Shown here: positions 10,460-20,294 of the stretch, piece after piece
Position numbering within the stretch: the first letter of the stretch is position 1
Layout of the letters: each line of letters starts with the position of its first letter
Origin: an uncultured bacterium
GTDB lineage: Bacteria; Babelota; Babeliae; Babelales; Babelaceae
Direction of reading: 5' to 3'
Length of the DNA stretch: 64,000 bases
Assembly: GCA_963848965.1 (NCBI GenBank)
Contig: CAWKFG010000001.1
Coordinates: 384,001 to 448,000 of the forward strand
Notes under the pieces: generated by a model
What the model saw: only the letters and a program-made list of their open reading frames with translations
What the model was told of the DNA's origin: nothing
Databases searched by the model: none
Position numbers and translations under genes: made by a program

Positions 10460-10831
10460 TTACATAATCATCGGAATATTAAAAATAGGCAGGTCATATA
10501 ATTGTCGCACAGCCTGTGCGAATTTTTCATAAGCTAGATAAAACGCCTGCATTCTAAACATATTGGCTCTAGAGAACCCTGCAACCCCAGGGAATTCAGC
10601 TTGTAAATCCTTGCCTAGACTTTCTATAACACTTTCTCCCCAACTGTTTTTTGCCTGTTTTTCAGTTAATATCTTTCCAATATACCAATAGAGCTTAAGT
10701 AACTCTTTGTTTGCAGAAAGAATTGCTTTGATTTGAGCTTCTCTTACTTGCTTTTTAAGATCAGCTAATACTTCAGCATATTCTCTTAACTCTATGCCCT
10801 TTGTGTCTTTTAGATTGACTTTTTTTATCAT
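10460..10831 (-). pseudogene. DUF1016/YhcG N-terminal fragment
   Basis: ANKELLKLYWYIG, WG..VIE.L..DLQ.EFPG..GFS..N; ends at FNIP. Confidence 0.85.
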
Positions 10832-10834
10832 GGG

Positions 10835-11038
10835 CTAGCCTTTATTCGTTTGTGTCGCGGCATGGATAAGTTTTGCTAGAGTTTTAATTGTAGGATTCGA
10901 TTTATCAGACATAGCAAGGTAGATAGTTTGCCTATGTAGTCCAGTTTGTTTTGATAATAATGTTTTGTTTTTAGACTTTATGTAGTTACTTAATATATCT
11001 ATTACTTCTCTTGGATTGTTATTTTCTAGCGCATTCAA
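10835..11038 (-). CDS. addiction-module antidote-like HTH protein (possibly truncated)
   Basis: LSKQTGLHRQTIY.AMS.KSNPTIKTL; palindrome TGTATATT-AA-AATATACA at 11112-11129 upstream. Confidence 0.7.
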   Translation of the reverse strand: MNALENNNPREVIDILSNYIKSKNKTLLSKQTGLHRQTIYLAMSDKSNPTIKTLAKLIHAATQTNKG

Positions 11039-11543
11039 GATTGCAAGCCGTAATCTGATTTTTCTTTTCTTTCCATAAGCTTCTCCGATTCATTAAAAGG
11101 TACATAAATAGTGTATATTAAAATATACAAAGGTGCAAGCACTTTATTTAGAGAAGACCTCAATGGCTTATTTGTAAGACCCGTACTACTCAGATCATGA
11201 GCTAAAACTAGAGTTTAGTTAGTTTTAGTGATTTAAACTTTGTTATATGTTTGCGTAGTGTGTTAAAAGGGCTTTGGTTTAAGGGTAACTTTATTTTATT
11301 TAGATCAGCTATGAGGCGATACAAGCCCCCTTTATTAGAATGTGCAAACATAGTTCTCAGTTCCCATATGGTTACTACCTCAAGCGCTTATTTTAAACCA
11401 TATTAAGATGTGCTTTGGATTAAGATCAAGGTTGTTTAAGGAAGTTTTCTAGCCGGTGAAAAAGCGTAAGCTTTTGTAAATCTCAGATTTCTTTGTTAAA
11501 GTTTAGTTGAAAGCTGTTCGACAAGTTTACAAAGGAGTAAGCT

Positions 11544-12066
11544 ATGTATAGAAGTTTTTGTTCTACTCTAATGAGTATTGCATTATTTTTCTCTCTAGTA
11601 AATGCGCATGATGTGGAGCAAAGTACCTGCCATCATGACGAAGGAAACATCTTTATTATTCTTAATAAACCGTTGCACCGCTATCTTCAAGCACACTACA
11701 GCCATAAGTATGAAACAGCTAAAGAATTGTTAAAGCATATCCATACACTAGAGCTTATTATTCAAGAAAATACCTGCTTTTATTCTTTGTTTATTAAAGA
11801 TCTCTCTTCAAAATCTAAGATTATTATAAAAGGCAGAGAGCGATTGTTAGAATCTATTATCGGCCAAGGCATGATTGATAATACTATTATTAAGCTCTTC
11901 TTTTGTATATAAAGAGCGGTCATTGCAGTGTCACTTTAATAAACAGAAAAGAGTCGGTATTATTAAGCTTGATGAAAGGCAAGCTCAGAAGTTCTGTTAT
12001 CGTCTGTTAGCTCTTGCAGAAAGAACGGATAATCAACTTTATAAAAAGCTTTATCCTAACTTATAA
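11544..12066 (+). pseudogene. exported hypothetical protein, probably frameshifted
   Basis: signal peptide; overlapping ORFs 11544-11912 and 11875-12066. Confidence 0.45.
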
Positions 12067-12304
12067 GAGTATACATGTTTGTAAGCTAGTTTGCAGTTAA
12101 GTAGAGTCTCTGGATAATAAACCTGAGTTTAGAGTTGCTGTAGTGACTATATGTATTTAAAGTTATATAATGTTAGTATGTTGTGCACTAGAAAGTGCTC
12201 TTTCTGGCTTTTAGATTATATCTTTACGCATTGATGTGAGTGCGTTATAGTGAAAAGTTAAGCTCTGTAAATCAGGTAAATCCCAAATGATACGGAAGTT
12301 TTCG

Positions 12305-12540
12305 TTATAATTCATTATTATTTTCAGAAGAATTTTTTGCTGAATATAGATCTTTATATTTGTGTTTAGAAAGAAGCTCTATCATTTCTGTATAATCTTC
12401 ATTTAAAGCAATATCAAGAGGATTGAATTGCCATTTGTTGGTTCGAATAGTACCATCTGCACCATGCTCAAGTAGGAGCTGTGCTATTTTTATAGTGTTT
12501 TTTTCTGTGGCTAAATGCAAAGGAGTAACACCATAACTTC
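12305..12540 (-). pseudogene. ankyrin repeat 3' fragment
   Basis: GVTPLHLA..IAQLLLEHGAD..NPLDIA. Confidence 0.7.
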
Positions 12541-12708
12541 TTTAGGAATCTCCAGCAAAAAAAAGAAGCTACTCTTTAATGTTTCTCTAAAAATTATTAA
12601 GTAAATAAAATATTGATTGAATGCTATCAAGGCTAAAATTTAGCTCTATAATTTTGTTCCTGAATGCGTCAACGATTGTGTTAAAAGTCAACAAGTTTAA
12701 AAATTATT

Positions 12709-13653
12709 TTAAGTAGTTTGCCATTGTTCTCCTTTTCGAACCATAACATTTAAAATACCAATAACCTTTCGCATAACAGCAATGAGAGCAACTTTAGCTT
12801 TTTTACCAACAGTGCGTAGCCGTTTATAAAAGCATTTAAGTGCAGGATTAAATCTGATAACTGCTAATGTAGCCATATAAAGGATATCACGGGTAGCTTG
12901 TCTACCACCGCTAATTGATGCAGTGCCTTTAGATCCACCACTTTGCTTAATAAAAGGTGCTACACCTAGAATAGCGGCTATTTGCTTATTACCGACTTTG
13001 CCAAGCTCAGGCATTTCTGCAAGCAAAGAGCAGGCAGTGACTTTGCCGATACCAGGCATAGACTCAATAATATGGCATTTTTTATTAAGAGATTCATTGT
13101 CTTGGATCAGCTGTTCAATTTCTTGTTCAACTTCCTGTAACTGTCTTTCCATAAAGGAGATATGAGCTTCAAGAAAATTTTTACAGTAAACTTGTTGAGG
13201 ATGCTGCAATTTATTGGTTTCTTGAACAATGTTTCGGACAATGTTAGTCCTGAATTTGACGAGAGCACAGAGCTTTAGCTCGTCTTGAGAACGAATAATC
13301 TCATGATATTTAGGCCGTTTTTGAGAAGCAAAGAGAGCAATCATTTGAGCATCAATTTTATCAGTTTTAGCCTTAATGCCTTCAGAGATGATGAAGGCTC
13401 TAATGCGTCTAGGCTGAACTTGCCAAGCATTATAATTATTAATGCTAAGTTCTTGCTTGAGAAGGAAATCGTAACCACCAGAAGACTCAAAAACGATCTG
13501 TACGACAGTATAAGCAGAAAGTACTTGAATGAGTTTATTGATTCCAGCTTGTGAGTTAGCAACTCTAAAGTCTTTAGCCACAGGATGTAAGTGAATATCT
13601 AAAAATTTTTTAGAGATATCGATGCCGACAAAAATATGTGATATAGTATTCAT
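12709..13653 (-). CDS. IS110 family DEDD recombinase/transposase
   Basis: protein identical to 2059-3003. Confidence 0.95.
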   Translation of the reverse strand: MNTISHIFVGIDISKKFLDIHLHPVAKDFRVANSQAGINKLIQVLSAYTVVQIVFESSGGYDFLLKQELSINNYNAWQVQPRRIRAFIISEGIKAKTDKIDAQMIALFASQKRPKYHEIIRSQDELKLCALVKFRTNIVRNIVQETNKLQHPQQVYCKNFLEAHISFMERQLQEVEQEIEQLIQDNESLNKKCHIIESMPGIGKVTACSLLAEMPELGKVGNKQIAAILGVAPFIKQSGGSKGTASISGGRQATRDILYMATLAVIRFNPALKCFYKRLRTVGKKAKVALIAVMRKVIGILNVMVRKGEQWQTT

Positions 13654-13815
13654 ATAGTGCCTCGGTTTTGTATACGGGATCCTTGTCCCACTCGATTGTT
13701 CGAGCTGTACTATATATGCTAGCAGGTCCTAAGTTGACACTCGGTTTTAAAAACCAGGCAGGGGAACAGGCTCCTGCTAGCTTTCCTAAACTTAACGTCT
13801 CAAATTTAGGAACAT
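13654..13815 (-). ncRNA. IS110 bridge RNA (predicted), copy 2
   Basis: same as 3004-3165. Confidence 0.85.
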
Positions 13816-13940
13816 AATTTCAATATACAAAGTAGGGGGTGCCACGTTCTTAAAGTGCTTGTTTTGCCTATTCGTAAGTTTTTTTTGTTAAATCGTAAAA
13901 CATAACGCTGCCGTAAAAGAAGTCCAACTACTCTTAGTTT

Positions 13941-14909
13941 TTACTTTAGCTCTATAAGTTGAAGAAGCTTGTAAGCGGGATCTTGAATGTTGGGCAAAAT
14001 GCTTGTATGAGCCAATGAGCAGATCAGTTCTTTCTTTTGTGCTATATATAGTCTGTCTTCTTTAAACTCTTGTGCTATAAAGAGTAAACAATACAAAGCT
14101 TTATTTCTATCGGCATGGGAAGGATAGAAAAGCTGGCACAATAGGCTATTAATAAGCTTTTGTCGTAAAGAGGCAGATTGTATACTTTTTATAACATATA
14201 TAATAAAGCGAGAAAGATTGTTTCTTACCTCCAGAGCAGGATCGTCAAGAAAGAGATAGATTCTGCTTACTGTATCTTCGTAGTCTTTTCCTATCCAATT
14301 AAGTAAATTAGCTGCAGTGCTTCGTTTTTTGCTATCGCTATCATATTTGAGTATATCAATAAGATGTTCTTTATAAGCAGGTACTATATGGCTTAGCTCT
14401 AGAGCAATCTGATGTAGCTGAGAATCTGAAAAGTCAAGGTAACCGTTATCCCAATTTTCTTTTATCGCAATGCCCTGTTTAAAAGATGTAAAGAATTGCT
14501 GATAGAGTGAATCATGAAGTTCTATAAGTTGGGAATTCTGCCACTGTATCGTATGATAAGGCTGAGCTCTAAAGCAGGGTCTTTCAATTATATTGATTAC
14601 AAGATAGGCGTCCCCTTGATCATAGAGCACAAAGTCGCATAATATCTCTTGAAATGCGTATATTTTTTTTAGAGTCAAAGCCCACTCTTTTAAATGCTCT
14701 TGACTAAAGTCATTAGAATCACAGGGTTTGCCAATAGTAAGGGGAATAAAGGGTACAAATTTGGCTTTATCTACTTTTGTTCCTATAAGCTCAATGCCTT
14801 TAAATATCCAAGCTTGAAGGTTTGCTCCTAAATTCAGGAATACTAGGCATATCCATAGGTTATTGAAATTTTTATTATTTTTCATTTTAAACTTTTTGTT
14901 TGAATACAC
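13941..14909 (-). CDS. exported protein with HEAT-like repeats
   Basis: signal peptide; LKYDSDSKKRSTAA, LDDPALEVRNN, PSHADRNKA. Confidence 0.65.
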   Translation of the reverse strand: MYSNKKFKMKNNKNFNNLWICLVFLNLGANLQAWIFKGIELIGTKVDKAKFVPFIPLTIGKPCDSNDFSQEHLKEWALTLKKIYAFQEILCDFVLYDQGDAYLVINIIERPCFRAQPYHTIQWQNSQLIELHDSLYQQFFTSFKQGIAIKENWDNGYLDFSDSQLHQIALELSHIVPAYKEHLIDILKYDSDSKKRSTAANLLNWIGKDYEDTVSRIYLFLDDPALEVRNNLSRFIIYVIKSIQSASLRQKLINSLLCQLFYPSHADRNKALYCLLFIAQEFKEDRLYIAQKKELICSLAHTSILPNIQDPAYKLLQLIELK

Positions 14910-14927
14910 TTTTTTCTACATACTCAA

Positions 14928-14955
14928 AAATTGTCCCACAGCTGTGGGACAATTT
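14928..14955. repeat. perfect 28-bp palindrome (DUF1016 relic)
   Basis: AAATTGTCCCACAG CTGTGGGACAATTT. Confidence 0.9.
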
Positions 14956-15082
14956 AAGGACCTTTCCTATGCTTATTGGAGACATAGTAAAGCTTACGAT
15001 AAAACTTAAGGTCTTAGCTTTTCTATCTCTTCTTGTAGAGAATCATTCTTTTAAACATATTAATTATTTACTTTTAATCAAT

Positions 15083-15457
15083 CTAAACAGACCATGTGCT
15101 TTTCTTAATCTCTTCTAGTGGTTCATTTGTTACTATAAGCTCATTAATCTTAGCTTCTGTAATGTTAATTTTAGGACCACTTGTATATTTCGTAACGGTT
15201 AAAGTATTTTCGCTATTAAAATCAATTGAAATTTCGTTAAAAGTTAGTTGTTTATTAAAGATTAGTGACAGTATTTTTTTTCCGCCTAAAAATTTTTTCA
15301 TAGCTGGATCAGAAGATAAAATTTCCATTTCACGGGGTTCTAATTGAATTACCTTTTTGACTTTTTCTTCCATTGCCATAAGATTAAATGAAAGAGTTAC
15401 CAGCTTTATAGCAATTAGTAAAGAAAACAGTCCCATAAATAGTTTTATTTGTTGCAT
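15083..15457 (-). CDS. exported hypothetical protein (signal + ME)
   Basis: LMA-MEE after hydrophobic leader. Confidence 0.6.
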   Translation of the reverse strand: MQQIKLFMGLFSLLIAIKLVTLSFNLMAMEEKVKKVIQLEPREMEILSSDPAMKKFLGGKKILSLIFNKQLTFNEISIDFNSENTLTVTKYTSGPKINITEAKINELIVTNEPLEEIKKSTWSV

Positions 15458-15854
15458 ATAAAGCCTTTCTTGAGTTTATGTTTACTAAAGAATCCTTATC
15501 TCATTAACTGTAGAGCCTACTTATGAAATTGTCTGAACTTCAGTAATGTTTGAAGTGTCAAACTAAAATTATTGCTTAGCGCCTTTACTTAAAAAAAGTC
15601 TACTATACCTTTATCTTTATGTCCACTCACATGGAAGGAATTGTGTCGATGAAAAATAAAAGATTTTTTTTGATAAGTAGTAGTGTTTCCATACTCTTGC
15701 TTAAAAGTAATGGAAATGCAATGTATGAAGGTGGGGTAGATCAACGTATCTCTAGCAATCAAGCAAAGATTGACTCATTAAAAAGAGCTTTCTCCTAAAA
15801 AGCGCTGCAACCATAGAGTTTTTAACCAGAATTTTTTCTAAAAAAATTTAATTA

Positions 15855-15883
15855 TTGACCGACAGTCGGTCATATGGTATAAT
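15855..15883 (+). promoter_or_regulatory. sigma70 promoter with overlapping TetR operator
   Basis: TTGACC-17bp-TATAAT; inverted repeat TGACCGAC-A-GTCGGTCA 15856-15872. Confidence 0.85.
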
Positions 15884-15924
15884 TGTTATGATTTAAGTTA
15901 GAAACTTTAAAACGAAGGGCAATT

Positions 15925-16560
15925 ATGGTCAGAACTGTAAAAAAACCTACCGAACGTAAGCTTGATATTATAGTAGCTGCTAAACATTTATTTCAAACTA
16001 AGGACTATGAAAAAACTACAATGCAAGATGTGATGGAGAGCTTGGGTATTGCCAAAGGGACTATCTATCATTATTTCTCGTCTAAACAGGCACTTCTTGA
16101 AGCAGTAGTTGAACATATTGTTGATAGTAATATTGAGCTTATGCAAGTACATGTTCAGAAAGCAAAAGGTAATGCCCTAAAAAAGCTGCAAGTTCTCATT
16201 GAAACAGGTAATATAGCTGCTGCTCATGCAAATATTTTGGAAAGCATTCATCGACCTGGCAATGAGGCAATGCATGTCCGCCTTTTGGCTACAACATTAA
16301 TTAAACAGGCGCCCTTATATGCGCAAGTAATCAAACAGGGGTGCGATGAAGGAATTTTTAAGACAAGTGCTCCCTTGGAGTGTGTAGAATTTATTCTTTG
16401 TGCTGTTCAATTTTTGACCGATAGTGGAATTTATCCTTGGAAAAATGAAGATGTTTTACGCAGAATACAGGCATTTCCTACTATAATTGAATCACTTCTT
16501 AAGGCCCCTAAAGGATCATTCACATTTTTATTAAATATATTTTTAAACAATAGAGGATAA
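15925..16560 (+). CDS. TetR/AcrR family regulator
   Basis: TTMQDVMESLGIAKGTIYHYFSSK. Confidence 0.93.
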   Translation: MVRTVKKPTERKLDIIVAAKHLFQTKDYEKTTMQDVMESLGIAKGTIYHYFSSKQALLEAVVEHIVDSNIELMQVHVQKAKGNALKKLQVLIETGNIAAAHANILESIHRPGNEAMHVRLLATTLIKQAPLYAQVIKQGCDEGIFKTSAPLECVEFILCAVQFLTDSGIYPWKNEDVLRRIQAFPTIIESLLKAPKGSFTFLLNIFLNNRG

Positions 16561-17454
16561 ATGAATACGATAAAACAATTACATGTCTATCAACCGATGC
16601 TATTTTTTCTAAGCGCTTTATTTATTGGAAGTATAGCTTGGTTTAGTGCTGCTTATAGTAGTTATCAACCATCTTTAAATTATTTGTTATTTCCTTTAAT
16701 CCTTGCAGGCATGAGCAGTCCAACCATCGCAGCATTAATGATGTTTGCTAAATCAAGAGATAAAGATTTATGGGGTGATTTTTGCCAAAAATTGCGATTT
16801 GATAGAATTAAAATACGTTTTCTTCCCCTTCTTTTGCTTATACCTTGTTTAATTTTACTATCAATTGCCATTTCCTTATTATTTGGGTTTTCTTCAGATC
16901 AATTTTCACTAGCCTCTATTCCAGATCCCGCTTTGAAAGGGAAAAATATTTTAGCAATTGTTTTGATAGTTCTTCTATCCTGTAGTTTAGAAGAAATTGG
17001 TTGGAGAGGATACGGTATTGATAGTTTAAAGAGTAAATACAACTTGTGGAAAACATCTTTGATCTTCGCCTCCATTTGGGCTTTGTGGCATGTTCCTGCA
17101 TTCTTTATTAAGAATGGCTATTTTCAACAAGAGGTTTGGAATTTAGGTATTATACATACAGCTAATTATTTTATAGGCTATTTTCCAATTACTATTTTGA
17201 TAAATTGGCTCTACATTAAAAATAATCGCAGCATACTAATTGCTCTAGTATGTCATGCAAGTATGAATCTTTTCTATGGTCTTTTGCAAATCCAACCATT
17301 TACCAAAATTATTATCACGCTTCTATTATTGCTAACTGCAAGCATAATTGTTATCAGAAACAAAAAAATGTTTTTTATTAAAAACTCAGATAGCAGCATC
17401 AAGAGCAGCGCCATTCTCTACGAGTATTTCTATCACCTTTTTACGACCATTTAA
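16561..17454 (+). CDS. CPBP/CAAX (Abi) intramembrane protease
   Basis: EEIGWRGY, WALWH, HASMN. Confidence 0.92.
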   Translation: MNTIKQLHVYQPMLFFLSALFIGSIAWFSAAYSSYQPSLNYLLFPLILAGMSSPTIAALMMFAKSRDKDLWGDFCQKLRFDRIKIRFLPLLLLIPCLILLSIAISLLFGFSSDQFSLASIPDPALKGKNILAIVLIVLLSCSLEEIGWRGYGIDSLKSKYNLWKTSLIFASIWALWHVPAFFIKNGYFQQEVWNLGIIHTANYFIGYFPITILINWLYIKNNRSILIALVCHASMNLFYGLLQIQPFTKIIITLLLLLTASIIVIRNKKMFFIKNSDSSIKSSAILYEYFYHLFTTI

Positions 17455-17500
17455 CCTAGCAATTATTAGCGCAGTTCGATCACCACAACTTTTACTATTA

Positions 17501-18429
17501 GAGCCTATCCGTAAATTCATAATTTGTTAAAAATAATGATAGCTACGGCAAAATAAACCATAGCCATATAGTTTAAAGCGTATTTTTCATAACGAACAAA
17601 CAAGCGCCTAAACCGATTGAGCCATGAATGCGTAGGTTCAATGAACCAGCGTTGATAACCTTCTGGTACACCATAAACTTTATTTTTAGCTTTTCTTTTA
17701 TTTTTCATTATTTTAGGTACATAGCTGTAATGCAGCAAGTAGGCTCTTATTTGCGCTGAATCATAAGCTGCATCTAAACTTATAATTTTGCTATAAGGCA
17801 TGGATATATGCTTAGGAATGGATAATAAGGTATCCAAAAATAGCTGAGAATCGTGCTGATTAGCGCTACCTAACGCACAACCGATAACTATACCGTTTTT
17901 ATCAGTTAATATGCTTCGTTTTGTTCCTAATTTTCTCCTATCTACTGGGCTCTTGCCTGTTTTCTCTGAACCCAAGGGCGCTTTAATATAAACACAATCA
18001 GCAGCTTGAGTTTCTAGACTAAGTCCGTGAATTTTATCATATTGGTCAAGTTCAGCATACCATAAATATTTAAAGAACTCGACAGACCTTAATTTTTGAA
18101 ACAGTTTATGGACAGCAGAGTACGATCCAAAGCATCTAGGCAATGCATTCCATTGTATACCTGTCCTTAACAGATAATAGATACCATTTATTGCTCTTTT
18201 CATATCCATTGAGGGTCTTCCCCGCTTTGATTTTTCGCTTATTTTTGGTATTATTTTTTCTATATCTTTCCATAAATTTGGAGTTATAAGAAACTTCTTG
18301 TTTATGCATACTTCATAACAATTTTTTGTATGACACATGTGTAAATCTCCTTCTTGATCGTTGATCGCGATTCTTTAGAAGGAGATTTTATTATATTTTC
18401 AACCTTTTTTCCATTTTAGAGATAGGCTC
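17501..18429 (-). mobile_element. IS5 family element (IS1031-like) with TTA target duplication
   Basis: terminal IRs GAGCCTATC / GATAGGCTC; TTA at 17498-17500 and 18430-18432. Confidence 0.9.
17517..18338 (-). CDS. IS5 family transposase
   Basis: GRP, LRTGIQWNALP, GKSPVDRRKLGTKRS, NQHD, DAAYDS, RWFIE..HSWLNRFRRL.VRYEK. Confidence 0.93.
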   Translation of the reverse strand: MCHTKNCYEVCINKKFLITPNLWKDIEKIIPKISEKSKRGRPSMDMKRAINGIYYLLRTGIQWNALPRCFGSYSAVHKLFQKLRSVEFFKYLWYAELDQYDKIHGLSLETQAADCVYIKAPLGSEKTGKSPVDRRKLGTKRSILTDKNGIVIGCALGSANQHDSQLFLDTLLSIPKHISMPYSKIISLDAAYDSAQIRAYLLHYSYVPKIMKNKRKAKNKVYGVPEGYQRWFIEPTHSWLNRFRRLFVRYEKYALNYMAMVYFAVAIIIFNKL

Positions 18430-18790
18430 TTAATATTAACTTTATGTAAGAGGAGCTCTAGTTGTGTAATATTGTCTGTTTCAGCTGCTGTGAAAAGTTG
18501 CTTTGTGTCTGCTTATTTAGGAACTGTTGCATTGCATTAGTGCTAATAAACAATCCAATAAAAGAAATAAAAATAATTCTTTTCATAGGGTCCTTCTGGG
18601 CTTTTTGGGAAATTTTATACAAACAAATGATTGAGATGCTCTTTTACGTTTAAGTCTTTTCTTCTTGATTGAATATTCATTAGTAGTATACTACATTGCT
18701 CCCTTTACTATGCGCTCAGTAGAGGCATTTGTTCCTGTCTTTGCTATAATAGTTAATAAAGGCATTGCTTTCGCCTCTCCTTTTTAGTAT

Positions 18791-18910
18791 AACTTAAGAG
18801 CGCTCTTGCAACTGCCTTGCGCTTGGAAGGTGCTTGCCTTGCCTGTCTGCCGTAACTTTAGTGAAGGCTGGATATCTTCCCTATAAATAAGGGAGGCCTA
18901 CGGCGATTTT
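18791..18910 (+). repeat. structured intergenic repeat, copy A
   Basis: homologous to 20062-20172 (AACTTAAGA..ACTGCCTTGCGC..GGCTGGATATC..GGAGG..TACGGC). Confidence 0.7.
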
Positions 18911-18935
18911 TACTAAAAGCTTTTATGAGGATAGT

Positions 18936-19898
18936 ATGTGTTACAGTTTATTGCTTTCTCTCTTCATCGTAGTAGTATTACCTGCTTTAGGTATGGAACC
19001 TGATTGTTCAATCCGTATAACTGCCAAAGGAGATAAGAATGTACGTATTCCACTAGTCTGTCTTACACAAGAAGTAGCTCAGCTATTACAGAACAAGGAC
19101 ATTTGCCAATGGTTTAAAAATATTTCTCCTGAGCTCATTCAAACTCTTGTTCGGTTTTGTAACTTTATCCGAATGGAATCTAAAGTTGATACTCAATCTG
19201 GTATGAAAAAATTTGTTATACTCAATATCAGTTTTGAAGATATGCCAGAGTTTTTAAGGGTGCTCGTAATCCTTTCTTTACATCAGAAAGTTATTACCGA
19301 AGCTATACGTTACTATGTTGAAAAGGCAGAAAAACGTAAGATATACCTTAACAATTACCAGTTTCATACTGACGCTGAAAAAGATAGCTCTATAAAGTTA
19401 GAGATAGCTAAATGGTATTTTTTAAAATATGGTTCACACTTAGATATACCTCAAGGTTCCTTTCCATCGATATCGATACATGATCTTTTAGAGGCAGAAA
19501 AGAAGATAACAGCAACTACAGTGAGCAAGATGGTAGGAAAACTTGCACAAATTGATACTTATTGTCAACTAGATGATATAGTTATTATGTTAAATAATTT
19601 TCGTTTAACTTCTCTTGATGGAATGAACGAGTTGCTTATACAGCTTAAGGTGTCTAAAGAGAAAATAGGGGCTATAGATTTGAGGGGACATTATACTAAT
19701 AAAAATCTGATTAAACTATCCATCAACAGTCTTGATTCTGCTGATTATAAAGCTCTTAAGGTCCTTTACTTAGATAATGAATCAGTTTTTCTTCCTGGTA
19801 AAGTGTCTGCTCCTATTGTAAGTAGTGCATGGCAGCCTGTAGTAGATAAAGAGCCTGTGATTATTAAAATGCAGCCTGCACATAGCGTAATAAATTAA
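18936..19898 (+). CDS. exported protein, possible BTB/Skp1-like N-terminus and degenerate LRR
   Basis: ALG-MEP; IRITAKGD..IP, NISPELIQTLV; LNNFRLTSLDG, IDLRGH, LKVLYLDN. Confidence 0.55.
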   Translation: MCYSLLLSLFIVVVLPALGMEPDCSIRITAKGDKNVRIPLVCLTQEVAQLLQNKDICQWFKNISPELIQTLVRFCNFIRMESKVDTQSGMKKFVILNISFEDMPEFLRVLVILSLHQKVITEAIRYYVEKAEKRKIYLNNYQFHTDAEKDSSIKLEIAKWYFLKYGSHLDIPQGSFPSISIHDLLEAEKKITATTVSKMVGKLAQIDTYCQLDDIVIMLNNFRLTSLDGMNELLIQLKVSKEKIGAIDLRGHYTNKNLIKLSINSLDSADYKALKVLYLDNESVFLPGKVSAPIVSSAWQPVVDKEPVIIKMQPAHSVIN

Positions 19899-20061
19899 AG
19901 GCTAACGAAAGAGCATTGTTGATAATGAATTAAGGAGCATCTTCATTGATGCAGCTGAGATTCGTAGATCGTATGCATATTAAGGTTAAAAAACGGGGAG
20001 AGCAAGACTCCCTAGCCATGTACCCACTACCCTCATTATCAAGAGATACATACTTCTTCAT

Positions 20062-20172
20062 AACTTAAGATAGAGACTTCATAACTGCCTTGCGCCTGAC
20101 TGTGTCCGCCAAAGCCTTTAGGCGAAGGCTGGATATCTCCCATATTAATAAAGGAGGATTACGGCAAATTTT
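20062..20172 (+). repeat. structured intergenic repeat, copy B
   Basis: homologous to 18791-18910. Confidence 0.7.
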
Positions 20173-20294
20173 CTCTAAATAAATTGACATCTAAATAATA
20201 AGTACATAGGCTGTGGGATTAACAAGGTTAGTTAGGATATAATGTCTCAATTTTTCTTAAGCTAAAAAATTGTATGTGAGCGGGAGTTGGAGCC

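Larger units (their letters stand above)
12671..13831 (-). mobile_element. IS110 family element, copy 2
   Basis: same sequence as copy 1, offset 10650. Confidence 0.9.
17386..18586 (-). pseudogene. exported ankyrin protein interrupted by IS5
   Basis: MKRIIFISFIGLFISTNAMQQ...QLFTAAETDNITQLELLLHKVNI|NSKSCGDRTALIIA..G...VIEILVENGA; frame restored across the TSD; extra frameshift near the 5' end. Confidence 0.8.

Noticed and set aside
11122..11132. AATATACAAAG resembling the IS110 left end
   Set aside because: Explained as one arm of the palindrome TGTATATT-AA-AATATACA upstream of an HTH gene; no target flank.
16561..17454. CAAX protease truncated by IS5
   Set aside because: The IS boundary (17501) lies beyond the stop codon, and the protein aligns to the end of its paralog.
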